Source: Bacteroidales bacterium (GTDB lineage Bacteria; Bacteroidota; Bacteroidia; Bacteroidales; GCA-2748055). From it: a stretch of DNA of 64,000 nucleotides. The stretch covers positions 52,957 to 116,956 of the forward strand of contig JBBQAQ010000005.1 of assembly GCA_038316435.1 (NCBI GenBank), written 5' to 3'. Both the position numbers and the translations under genes were made by a program. The notes below the pieces were generated by a model. The model had not been told where the DNA came from. It worked only from the letters and a program-made list of their open reading frames with translations, and did no database searches. Below are positions 29,134-38,638 of the stretch, in pieces. How positions within the stretch are numbered: position 1 is the stretch's first letter; each line of letters starts with the position of its first letter.

Positions 29134-31761
29134 ATGCTTGCTCTCCTGAAACATATTAAAATATTTTTACTTGTTTTCTTCATAGAGACAGTATTATGTT
29201 TCTCCATGTTTGCAACTCATAACCGTGCAGGGGAAATTACCCTCAGGCAGATTGCTGACCTTACATATGAGATTACCATAACCACTTATACTTATACTCT
29301 TTCAGGTGCCGACAGACCAGAACTTGAGGTTCAATGGGGAGATAATACAAAATCAATAGCTCCCAGAACTCAAGTGTTTAATTTCCCTAATGATTACCGC
29401 AGGAATGTTTACGTCAAACAACATACTTTTCCTGGCCCGGGGACATACACCATTGTTGTTCAGGATCCTAACCGGAATTATGGAGTGAAAAATATTCCCA
29501 ATTCTGTTAATGTTATTTTTTCCATTAAAACTACTATTAGTATTAATCCGCAGATTGGATTGAACAGTACTCCTTACTTGCTTAATCCACCATTCGACAA
29601 AGCTGGTCTTTATCAGACATTTATTCATAATCCCGGAGCTTTTGATCCCGATGGCGATAGTATTTCATATTCACTTACAGTTTGTACACAACAAAACGGT
29701 GAGCCTATTCCAGGATACTCATTGCCTCAATCCAGCGATACTTTATATGTAAATCCTATTTCAGGGGATTTGGTATGGAATACTCCAATTGATACCGGTA
29801 TTTATAATATTGCTATGAATATTGAAGAATGGAGAAAAGGAATAAAAATTGGCAATATCGTAAGAGATATGCAGGTTGAAGTTTACCGCACTACTAACCT
29901 AGCTCCGGTAAACGACAGTTTGCCAAAATTATGTGTGGTAGCAGGTAGTTTAATAAGTGTTGATATTCGAAGTACAGATGGAAATGCCGATAAGATGAAT
30001 CATTTCATCACAGGTGGCCCATTTATCCTTGATAACAACCCTGCTAAAATAGTTGATACTATTATTGATAATCCTGGTGAATTAATTACACGTTTTAAAT
30101 GGCAAACTAGTTGTGAGCATGTCAGACGCCAGCCATACAGCATTCTTGTAAAAACAAATGATAAAAATTCTAAGCTTTCATTGGTGGATATTGACAATCT
30201 GGATATCAATGTTTTGGGACCTCCCCCGCAAGGAATTAATCTTGTTCCCGCAAGCAGTTTAGTCCGAGTCCAATGGAAATCCGGTGAATGTAGTAATATT
30301 TCATATTACAGGATTTTTCGGAAAACTGAATCAACCGGCTATATTCCAGATAGTTGCACTTATGGGATACCCGGATATACAGGTTTCAAATTAGTTGGTG
30401 CAACGAAAACAGGATCCGATAGTGTTTTTATTGATGATAATTATGGAAAGGGACTTCTCCAGGGAACCCAATACTGCTATCGTGTTGTTGCAGTTTATCC
30501 TGATGGAGCCGAAAGTATCCCATCCAATGAAATATGCACAATTCTTGTACCAGGAGCTCCATCCCTTCTAAATGCATCAGTTATCAAATCTGACGCTAGT
30601 GCCGGAGAAATATTTGTCTCTTGGGCAAAACCTTTAAAACTTGATACTATTCCGGCTAATGGCCCCTACGAATATATCATTTATAGAAGTAGTAATTTGT
30701 TTGGAATTAATCTTGCTGAAATAAACAGGTTTAAGACAGCAGATCTTAACGACACTGTATTTACAGATTTGAATGTGAATACGATAAACTTTCCATATTC
30801 TTATTCAGTTGAGTTGTATAATGATGCTCCTGGAAATCGATTTCTTATTGGAAAGCCTGAAATAGCTTCTACCCAGTTTCCTAAGATTTCGGAAGCTGAT
30901 AATACAATTAACCTGAAGTTTGTTAGGAATGTACCCTGGCTTAATTATGAAAATACCATCTTCCGGTATAATAATTTGTCATCTGTTTTTGACTCAATCG
31001 CTACAACAGAATCCGATACCTATGCAGATACAAATCTGGTAAATGGAATAGAGTATTGTTACCAAATCAAGTCCAAAGGTAAACGAAGTCTCAACGGGAC
31101 TGACTTTCTTGTAGAGAACACTTCTCACATTGCCTGTGGAACTCCAATTGATACCATACCTCCATGCCCCCCAGTATTAATGGTGAATTCAGTATGCGAC
31201 AGTTCATTCAACATATTGAGTTGGGTTAGTTCAGATATTTCCTGTAATAAGGATATTGTTAAGTATAACATATATTATTCGCCATTGCTTTCCTTACCAC
31301 ATAGTATCCTTGATAGCGTTAAATTAAATTCATATATTCATAAACCCATATCATCACTGGCTGCATGTTATTACGTAACTGCAGTTGATTCATTTGGAAA
31401 TGAAAGTGATCCCTCAACTAATATCTGTGTAGACCAGTGTTATGATTTTGATATTCCAAACGTCTTTACACCGGATGACGATAATATTAATGATCTTCTA
31501 AAATCGTATAACCCAGCGCCCAGGATAAACGAAATTGATTTTAAAATTTTTAACCGGTGGGGACAATTGCTTTTCCAGACAAACGACCCTGATATCAATT
31601 GGGATGGAAAAATTGATAAAACGAATCAGAAAGCTTCAACGGGAGTTTACTATTATATTTGTGATGTTTATGAGCAACGATTAACAGGGATAGAAATTCG
31701 GAATATGGTAGGATTTGTGCACATCTACTCAGACAAAAATGCTAATACAGGAGAGAAATGA
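29134..31761 (+). CDS. T9SS substrate with FN3-like domains and a type-B (gliding-motility) CTD
   Basis: ATHNRAGEI N-terminus, YCYRVVAVY FN3-like strands, PNVFTPDDDNIND/IFNRWG/GVYYY CTD. Confidence 0.88.
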   Translation: MLALLKHIKIFLLVFFIETVLCFSMFATHNRAGEITLRQIADLTYEITITTYTYTLSGADRPELEVQWGDNTKSIAPRTQVFNFPNDYRRNVYVKQHTFPGPGTYTIVVQDPNRNYGVKNIPNSVNVIFSIKTTISINPQIGLNSTPYLLNPPFDKAGLYQTFIHNPGAFDPDGDSISYSLTVCTQQNGEPIPGYSLPQSSDTLYVNPISGDLVWNTPIDTGIYNIAMNIEEWRKGIKIGNIVRDMQVEVYRTTNLAPVNDSLPKLCVVAGSLISVDIRSTDGNADKMNHFITGGPFILDNNPAKIVDTIIDNPGELITRFKWQTSCEHVRRQPYSILVKTNDKNSKLSLVDIDNLDINVLGPPPQGINLVPASSLVRVQWKSGECSNISYYRIFRKTESTGYIPDSCTYGIPGYTGFKLVGATKTGSDSVFIDDNYGKGLLQGTQYCYRVVAVYPDGAESIPSNEICTILVPGAPSLLNASVIKSDASAGEIFVSWAKPLKLDTIPANGPYEYIIYRSSNLFGINLAEINRFKTADLNDTVFTDLNVNTINFPYSYSVELYNDAPGNRFLIGKPEIASTQFPKISEADNTINLKFVRNVPWLNYENTIFRYNNLSSVFDSIATTESDTYADTNLVNGIEYCYQIKSKGKRSLNGTDFLVENTSHIACGTPIDTIPPCPPVLMVNSVCDSSFNILSWVSSDISCNKDIVKYNIYYSPLLSLPHSILDSVKLNSYIHKPISSLAACYYVTAVDSFGNESDPSTNICVDQCYDFDIPNVFTPDDDNINDLLKSYNPAPRINEIDFKIFNRWGQLLFQTNDPDINWDGKIDKTNQKASTGVYYYICDVYEQRLTGIEIRNMVGFVHIYSDKNANTGEK

Positions 31762-32978
31762 GCTCGCTAATTAAAAATATTATTGCGTTTTTCTTGTTTT
31801 CCCTACTGATTAATTCTGGGTACTCTCAGTCTGTTGGCGAAAAGAATTATCTGATTGGAAAAGCCAGACTTGAATCAGGACAAAACGATTCAGCCTTGGT
31901 ATACTTTGATAAAGCCATTTCTCAGGGTTCTAAAGATGTAGATATTTTATTCAGCAAAGGAGTTGCGCTATATAATAAAGGTCAGTTCGGAATGGCTGTT
32001 AAGGAGTTTGAAAAGGTGGAGGTGATTTCTCCCGGAAAAGCTTCAATATGGATGGCAAAATGCTACGCAAATCTCAATGATACTGATAATTGCCTGAAAT
32101 CGCTGGAAATCCATCTTTCAAGTAATTACAGATTACCTGAGAGCACTTTGCTTCTTGATCATGATTTATCCCTTGTTGATGAAGATCCTAAATTTATTGA
32201 ATTTTGGAAAAATGGAAACTGGTATACTGGTCTAGATAAAACACTTGCTGAAGCTTCATACTTGATCAAATCTCAAAAATATCCCGAAGCTATTGATGTT
32301 ATTTCTGAAGGACTTGATAAAGGATATCGGAAAGCATCATTGTATGCTAAGAGAGCTGAAGTTTATATGAAGGTTAATAATTACCGACTAGCTCTCGATG
32401 ATTTAAACAAATCCTTGGAACTCGAGCACCGAAATGCCGCTCTGTTGAATCAAAGAGCTAGTCTTTTGTACCTTATGGGGAAATACAAACCCGCACTGGA
32501 GGACTATAAAGTTGTTTACGCATTGGCTCCCGATGAAATAAAAGTCCTTGTTGGAATGTCTATGGCTCTTAATAAAAATGCTTTATATGACGAGGCTGTA
32601 ACCAATATGAATACATACCTTAAATACTATCCGGCTAATGATTCAGCTTGGTACCAGTTAGGAATGATACATTATGAGAATGGTTACTTTTTTGATGCCA
32701 TAAATTGTTTTAATTCATCATTAAAGATTAAACAAAACGATTCACGGTATTTCGCAGCACGGGGAACTACTTATCTGAAAACCAGAACCTATCAGTACGC
32801 TTGGAAAGACCTTTCAATGGCTCTGGACCTTAACCCAAATGATGCGGAAACCTACGTAAACAAAGGAATTGCTGCGATAAATACGGGGAAAAATGAAGAT
32901 GCTTGTTTCTGCTTTGACATGGCAAAAAAAATGGGAAACAAAGATGCATTCACATATTCAGAAAAATATTGTAAATAA
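31758..32978 (+). CDS. Exported TPR-repeat protein
   Basis: Signal peptide, repeated TPR consensus, ACFCFDMAKKMG C-terminus. Confidence 0.85.
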   Translation: MSSLIKNIIAFFLFSLLINSGYSQSVGEKNYLIGKARLESGQNDSALVYFDKAISQGSKDVDILFSKGVALYNKGQFGMAVKEFEKVEVISPGKASIWMAKCYANLNDTDNCLKSLEIHLSSNYRLPESTLLLDHDLSLVDEDPKFIEFWKNGNWYTGLDKTLAEASYLIKSQKYPEAIDVISEGLDKGYRKASLYAKRAEVYMKVNNYRLALDDLNKSLELEHRNAALLNQRASLLYLMGKYKPALEDYKVVYALAPDEIKVLVGMSMALNKNALYDEAVTNMNTYLKYYPANDSAWYQLGMIHYENGYFFDAINCFNSSLKIKQNDSRYFAARGTTYLKTRTYQYAWKDLSMALDLNPNDAETYVNKGIAAINTGKNEDACFCFDMAKKMGNKDAFTYSEKYCK

Positions 32979-32993
32979 CAATTTATTGAGATC

Positions 32994-33545
32994 GTGGTAA
33001 ATAAAGAACACATAAGTCAGGAATTAATATCGGGATTAAACTCCCCCGATGAAAATACCGTTTTGCAAACTATTAGTGAACTAAGGATTCATGGAAATAC
33101 GGAAGTCCTTTCTTCGGTATTCAGTCTGTTGTTTTCAAAAAAAATGGAAAATATTGAAGAAGCAATTGTAAACCTTATCAATGACATTAAAGACCCCCAT
33201 GCCGTTCCTGTTTTTATGGTAGCAGTTAAAGAATATCGTGGAAATACTGGTTATGAGAAGCTTATATCTGCCTGTTGGCAATGCGGACTTGATTTCTCTG
33301 CTTATATTGATCAGTTTATCGAACTTGTAATCGACGATGGCTATTATACTGCACTTGAAGCATTTTCTGTGGTCGAAGAAAATGTGACCAATCTGAATTC
33401 GCAACAGCGAAGTGCCAGAATTGAGTTTATTCGCTCAAAAATTGAATTCCTATCCCCGGAAAAAAGATTATTGGTTAATGAATTAATGTCGCTGCTAAGC
33501 AATATAACTGAACCTTTCAGGCTTGATCCTGAGCATCTGAATTAG
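32994..33545 (+). CDS. Helical (HEAT-like) hypothetical protein
   Basis: Co-oriented operon position, amphipathic helices, ACWQCGLDFS. Confidence 0.7.
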   Translation: MVNKEHISQELISGLNSPDENTVLQTISELRIHGNTEVLSSVFSLLFSKKMENIEEAIVNLINDIKDPHAVPVFMVAVKEYRGNTGYEKLISACWQCGLDFSAYIDQFIELVIDDGYYTALEAFSVVEENVTNLNSQQRSARIEFIRSKIEFLSPEKRLLVNELMSLLSNITEPFRLDPEHLN

Positions 33546-34519
33546 TCTTGAGTTGAAAAGTATTTCATGAACTGGGCTCTTTCATAAACTGCCTGATCAC
33601 CGACATTCGAATAGTTTAGCTTTCCTGAAAATTCATCAATGGATTTGTAATTGTGTTCGATCATCCATGATTCGAAGCGATCAATAATCTTTGGCAGAAA
33701 ATCTATTCCGTTTTTATAAAGTACTGAACAAAGCTGAACAGCCTTCGCCCCTGCCAGAATTTGTTTTATAGCTGCATCTCCACTATGTATCCCGGTTGAT
33801 GCGGCAATGTCAATCAATGGCACCTGACTATTTATTATTCCCACCCATCGAAGGCTGTTTCTAATGTCCGCAGGAGAACTGAAAACCTCAGAGGAAATCA
33901 TTTTTAAATCTGTAATATTGATATCGGGTTCATAAAATCTGTTAAACAATACAACACCATCTGCTTTTCTGAAATAGAGTTGATTTACTAGTAGAGGAAG
34001 ATTTGTAAAGTTTGATCCAAGCTTCATAATAACTGGAATGCTGATTTTCTTTTTAATTCCATCCAGCAAATCGTAATAAATTGACTCAAATTCCTTTGAA
34101 GGCTTTTCTTTGTTAACCGGAAGGAAGAACACGTTTAGTTCAAGTGCATCAGCTCCGGCTTCTTGTATCTGACTAGCGAAATCCATCCATTCACTTGCGC
34201 TGATACAATTTATACTGGCAATAATTGGAATGTGAACAGCACGTTTTGCATCACGGATAAGGTTCAGGTATTCAACAAGACTGTTATCTCGTGTATAAGC
34301 TTTAACATAATCGAGGGCTTCCGGATAATCAGAACCAGAAAGATTTTTATGTGTATCAAAAACTATCTGTTCTTCAAATAAGGATTTTAATACTATGGCT
34401 CCGGCGCCCAGAGAATCAAGTTTTCTGATTTTATCAAGGGAACTGGTGATTCCGGAACTGCTAATAATAAAAGGATTTCTCAGTTTTAATCCCGCAAAAG
34501 TAGTAGAGAGATTGGCCAT
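33542..34519 (-). CDS. Dihydroorotate dehydrogenase-like flavoprotein
   Basis: LKSLFEEQI, ALELNV, VLFNRFY, STGIH, AGAKAVQ; start moved to ATG 34519 to avoid overlapping yggS. Confidence 0.88.
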   Translation of the reverse strand: MANLSTTFAGLKLRNPFIISSSGITSSLDKIRKLDSLGAGAIVLKSLFEEQIVFDTHKNLSGSDYPEALDYVKAYTRDNSLVEYLNLIRDAKRAVHIPIIASINCISASEWMDFASQIQEAGADALELNVFFLPVNKEKPSKEFESIYYDLLDGIKKKISIPVIMKLGSNFTNLPLLVNQLYFRKADGVVLFNRFYEPDINITDLKMISSEVFSSPADIRNSLRWVGIINSQVPLIDIAASTGIHSGDAAIKQILAGAKAVQLCSVLYKNGIDFLPKIIDRFESWMIEHNYKSIDEFSGKLNYSNVGDQAVYERAQFMKYFSTQD

Positions 34520-34535
34520 TTTCGTCAATTTTATA

Positions 34536-35210
34536 TCAAAGATAATCTCTTTCTCCAAATAGTAAGCTTCCAACCCTGATAATGGTTGCCCCTTCCTCGA
34601 TAGCAATTTTATAATCACCCGACATCCCCATTGATAGCTCAGAAAAACTAGGGCTTTCTTTAAAATAATTTTCCTTACAGTGGTCAAAAGTTTTTTTCAA
34701 TTGTCTGAATTCTGAACGAACCTGCTTCATATCCTCTGTAAAACTTGATATTCCCATTAAACCCCTTATGCGGATATTTCCCAAGCTTTTAATTTCAGGG
34801 GATTCCAGAATGGCATTCAACTCATTACTATCAAGCCCGAACTTAGTTTCTTCAGTAGCAATGAAAACTTGAAGAAGGATATCAATAACCCTGTCTACTT
34901 TAATAGCTTCCTGATTTATCGCAATAAGTAATTTTAAACTATCCACAGAATGAATTAAATGGACAAACTTCGAAATGTACTTTAACTTATTGGATTGAAG
35001 ATGGCCAATAAGATGCCATTCGATATCCTTTGGTAATTGTTCGAATTTTCCTGTTAGTTCTTGAACTCTGTTCTCACCAAAGATTTTATGTCCCGATGAA
35101 TATACTTTAAAAATATCTTCAACAGGCTTTGTTTTACTTACAGCAACCACTTTTACATGACAGGGGATAGAATCCAAAAAGGTAATGATATCGGATACTG
35201 AGTGTCTCAC
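34536..35210 (-). CDS. yggS: YggS-family PLP homeostasis protein
   Basis: VAVSKTKP, FGENRVQE, WHLIGHLQSNK, LSMGMSGDY; TACATTTG box at 35231-35238. Confidence 0.95.
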   Translation of the reverse strand: MRHSVSDIITFLDSIPCHVKVVAVSKTKPVEDIFKVYSSGHKIFGENRVQELTGKFEQLPKDIEWHLIGHLQSNKLKYISKFVHLIHSVDSLKLLIAINQEAIKVDRVIDILLQVFIATEETKFGLDSNELNAILESPEIKSLGNIRIRGLMGISSFTEDMKQVRSEFRQLKKTFDHCKENYFKESPSFSELSMGMSGDYKIAIEEGATIIRVGSLLFGERDYL

Positions 35211-35470
35211 AGGAAGAGTATGTTTTTTCTCAAATGTACTAATAAAATAAAAGTCATTTATATAATCTCATTTTAAGATTTTGGAATACTTGAAGATATA
35301 TTGCTGTATTTATCTCAATAACTGATTCTTGCAAGTCGCATAGTTATTGTTTTTTCAGCAAATCAATAGAATTGAGGATTAGCTTTTTTTCAAAGGTGTT
35401 CTATATTTAAGGAATAAAATCCCTATTATTGCACTCGAAATAAAATGCTAAAAAACATATAATATAAGGG

Positions 35471-36406
35471 ATGAAAATTACCGTTGTAGGAGCTGGAAAT
35501 GTTGGAGCAACAGCAGCCAATATCCTGGCCGAAAAAGAAGTAGCAAGTACCGTTGTTCTGCTTGATGTTGTTAAAGGTCTTGCTGAAGGGAAATCACTGG
35601 ATATCATGCAAATGGCTCCTTTAGCCTTATTTGACACAAAAACTATCGGTGTTACCGATGATTACTCAGCAACAACTGATTCATCAGTTGTAATTATCAC
35701 ATCAGGACTTGCACGAAAACCCGGAATGAACCGTGAAGATCTTCTTGAAGCCAATGCACACATCGTTAAAAATGTAACTGAAAATATCATTAAATATTCA
35801 CCTGACGCTATACTTATTGTTGTTAGCAATCCGCTTGATGCAATGACCTATGTAGCAATGAAAGTTGCGGGGATTCCCAGCAGCAGGGTAATGGGAATGG
35901 CCGGACTGCTTGATACTGCGAGATACAGAGCCTTTCTCGCTGAGGAACTCGATTGTTCGGTAAAAGATATTCAGGCGGTAATTCTTGGCGGACATGGTGA
36001 TGATATGGTTCCTCTGATGAATTATACCACTCTGAGTGGAGTTCCAATCCGCCAGTTGCTATCTGATGAAAAGTTGAATGAAATTATTAACCGTACTCGT
36101 AAAGGTGGAGGTGAACTTGTAAATCTTATGGGTAAATCAGCATGGTATGCTCCCGGATATGCCGCTGCCCGCATGGTTGAAGCAATTGCAAAAAACCAGA
36201 GAAGGTATTTCCCATGCAGCGCTTATTTGCAAGGAGAATACGGACAAAAAGATATATATTTTGGAGTACCGGTAAAACTTGGCAAAAAAGGAATAGAACA
36301 CATCCTTGAAATTAACCTCGACAAAGATGAAAAAGCTTTGGTAGAGATTTCTGCAAATAGTGTCAGAGAGAATATTTCATTTCTGGAAAAGTTGAAACTT
36401 TGGTAG
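35471..36406 (+). CDS. mdh: Malate dehydrogenase (LDH-like)
   Basis: GAGNVG, ARKPGMNREDL (Arg specificity residue), VSNPLD, GGHGD. Confidence 0.95.
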   Translation: MKITVVGAGNVGATAANILAEKEVASTVVLLDVVKGLAEGKSLDIMQMAPLALFDTKTIGVTDDYSATTDSSVVIITSGLARKPGMNREDLLEANAHIVKNVTENIIKYSPDAILIVVSNPLDAMTYVAMKVAGIPSSRVMGMAGLLDTARYRAFLAEELDCSVKDIQAVILGGHGDDMVPLMNYTTLSGVPIRQLLSDEKLNEIINRTRKGGGELVNLMGKSAWYAPGYAAARMVEAIAKNQRRYFPCSAYLQGEYGQKDIYFGVPVKLGKKGIEHILEINLDKDEKALVEISANSVRENISFLEKLKLW

Positions 36407-36670
36407 ATGGTTTTAGTAGGTGTCGTGACCTCATCGATATTCGCTTAACATCGGTTTTTTGTGAGGAACGAGCGAAAACCGTGTTTTACTGAACAGGCAT
36501 TGAAAATATGGCATATTAATTTTTTTTTGCTAATTTATCCCGTATTTTTGCAAAAAAACATTTAAACTTTAATTCGTTTAAGATAATAGCGAAGTTGCAA
36601 AGTAAAAATTATTAACACTTTCTTTAGAGATTTTAAAAACAAGGCGGGCGTATGCCAGTTAAAAAGGGAT

Positions 36671-36886
36671 TTGATTATGCAAAGGGTAGTACTCGACATA
36701 CCGGACAATAAAATAAACTTCTTCATGGAGCTCGTAAGTAACCTCGGTTTTAAAAAGGTAAAAAGGCTTTCTAAGGAGCAAAAAGAGTTTGTTGATGATT
36801 TAAGGGATTCTTTAAACGAGGTTGAACTTCATAGGCAGGGTAAAATAAAACTTCAACAGGCAAGAGATTTCTTAAATGAACTTTAA
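36671..36886 (+). CDS. Putative antitoxin
   Basis: Small ORF overlapping the toxin gene, C-terminal EVELHRQGKIKLQQARDFLNEL; TATTTTTG box at 36543-36550. Confidence 0.75.
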   Translation: MIMQRVVLDIPDNKINFFMELVSNLGFKKVKRLSKEQKEFVDDLRDSLNEVELHRQGKIKLQQARDFLNEL

Positions 36887-37212
36887 TGTAATTGTTACCT
36901 CCAGTTTTAAAAAGCATGCCAAAAGAATTGGCAAAAAACATCATTCCCTCAAATCAGATATTGAAGCCCTTATTGGTTCCCTGGAGCAAAACCCGTTACA
37001 GGGCGAACCTTTAGGTAAAGACTGTTACAAAGGTACGCATGACTATTACCTCCAAAGGCAAAGGTAAAAGCGGCGGATCCCGTGTTATTACCTGCGTTAA
37101 AGTAGTTGATCATGACGTTTACCTGCTTACCCTCTACGATAAAACTGAAAAAGAAAACATCTCTGATAAAGAACTGGACGAACTGCTTAAAATTGAAGGA
37201 CTGCTATTATAG
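36876..37212 (+). pseudogene. RelE/HigB-family toxin with a +1 frameshift
   Basis: Removing one base at ~37029-37033 gives CYKVRMTITSKGKGKSGGSRVITC...YDKTEKENISDKEL, stop at 37212. Confidence 0.88.
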
Positions 37213-37240
37213 CAAAACCTGTATTATTCCGGGTTTTGCT
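37211..37240. terminator. Hairpin/terminator between the convergent TA and Rhs units
   Basis: AGCAAAACC ... GGTTTTGCT inverted repeat. Confidence 0.55.
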
Positions 37241-37267
37241 CATTCGTCAACTGTAAATTACTTTTAA

Positions 37268-37750
37268 TCATGGAATTGCCTTTCTCCTTAATGTCCCCAT
37301 AGAATAAAGCAAACAATAAGGCTTCTCTAATACTTGTCCTGATTCAACTTTATAGTAAACAAGTCTATTTTTATTTACTCTATCCAATTGAATACCTAAA
37401 AGATAAGTTGTATTCGTGTAGTAAAAACGATAATTGATTACGCTAAAGACTTCTCCGTTATCGTCTTGGACAGTTTCCTCCTCTTTAAGAAAGTCGCCAA
37501 CAGTATCACGAATAGCTACACCTTCTACTGAACATGATGTCTTTCTTTTTAAGTAGGATGTTAAAATGCTTATTTTCAGGGTATCTTCACTAATTTTATA
37601 TACTTCTACCCTTTGACTTAAAGTGTCATTCTTATATTCAAAAATTTGAGTTTCAAAGGATAGTTTATCCTTCATTCCCTTTCTGTTTGGTTGACAACCA
37701 ACGTAGCCAAAACAAGAGATAAATAATAGTATTAAAACAATCTTATTCAT
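37268..37750 (-). CDS. Putative immunity lipoprotein
   Basis: Signal peptide II ending YVGC; directly downstream of the peptidase toxin. Confidence 0.7.
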   Translation of the reverse strand: MNKIVLILLFISCFGYVGCQPNRKGMKDKLSFETQIFEYKNDTLSQRVEVYKISEDTLKISILTSYLKRKTSCSVEGVAIRDTVGDFLKEEETVQDDNGEVFSVINYRFYYTNTTYLLGIQLDRVNKNRLVYYKVESGQVLEKPYCLLYSMGTLRRKAIP

Positions 37751-37774
37751 ACTATAAATAATTAGAATTTCAAA

Positions 37775-38188
37775 TTAAGGGTTTGGCCATGCATACCTAA
37801 CAACGTCAGTCTTCAAATAGTAATATTGTTGATACATAACTTGGTCCGTTTGGTTGCCTCCAAGAAGATTAATAGTTAAGTCGTTAGCCCCTAGGCCTGC
37901 ATAAAAACCAACGTGGTATAAATCATTTTTGTAAGTTACTACTAGACAACCATATTGAGGCTCTGTCAAAGCGTTTCCCCAATTTAACCACGAATTAGCC
38001 TTTCCGCTATTGGTTCCCGTATATCCAGCACTTTTCATTACCCAATTCGCATAAGCTGAACACCAACCCCAAGTTTTTGTTCCTGCCTGCCCTTTTAGAT
38101 CAGTCGCATCGAAATATTCAATAATTCTTGCTATATTTGTTTTATCTGAGTTTTCTTTTGTGCCTATTTCGTTAATTGCTATACTCAT
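37775..38188 (-). CDS. TIGR02594-like NlpC/P60/CHAP peptidase, orphan toxin domain
   Basis: (PPW)MSIAINEIG, WCSAYANW (Cys), YHVGF (His), LGGNQ. Confidence 0.8.
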   Translation of the reverse strand: MSIAINEIGTKENSDKTNIARIIEYFDATDLKGQAGTKTWGWCSAYANWVMKSAGYTGTNSGKANSWLNWGNALTEPQYGCLVVTYKNDLYHVGFYAGLGANDLTINLLGGNQTDQVMYQQYYYLKTDVVRYAWPNP

Positions 38189-38219
38189 CCATGGAGGGTC
38201 CCCTTGCGATGAGGCTTAT

Positions 38220-38636
38220 CTAATTAAGTCCATTTATAATAACCAGTAAGATAATTGAAAGGAATGCAAGACTACAAAGTATTAAATATAAGTTTGAATA
38301 TATTCTTTTAAGATTGCCAGCCTTTTTTATCACTTCACGATATATTTTTCTCTTATCCTTCAATCTTAACCTACTAAATATAATATAGATGGGTAGAAGT
38401 ATAACAAAACTTATAAGCATTGCAATCGGAGCTAATGGTAGACCTTGCTTCATTAAAAATGAAAATCCATTAAATTCCAATATCATTTCCAAAACAATAG
38501 ATATAAATAATAAAATAATGAATACACACGCTATGGCCAAAGCATTAACACTTGAGTTTATTCCATCCCATCTTTTCTTGTAACTTTTCTTAATAAAAAG
38601 AAAATAACACAGCCAAATTTTATATCCAGCTTCCAT
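38220..38636 (-). CDS. Putative membrane immunity protein
   Basis: About 3 TM helices with Lys-rich loops; starts 2 nt after the Rhs-CT stop. Confidence 0.7.
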   Translation of the reverse strand: MEAGYKIWLCYFLFIKKSYKKRWDGINSSVNALAIACVFIILLFISIVLEMILEFNGFSFLMKQGLPLAPIAMLISFVILLPIYIIFSRLRLKDKRKIYREVIKKAGNLKRIYSNLYLILCSLAFLSIILLVIINGLN

Positions 38637-38638
38637 TA

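Noticed and set aside
34520-34687. N-terminal extension of the DHOD-like ORF overlapping yggS
   Set aside because: Artefact of the longest-ORF call; family-like sequence starts at ATG 34519
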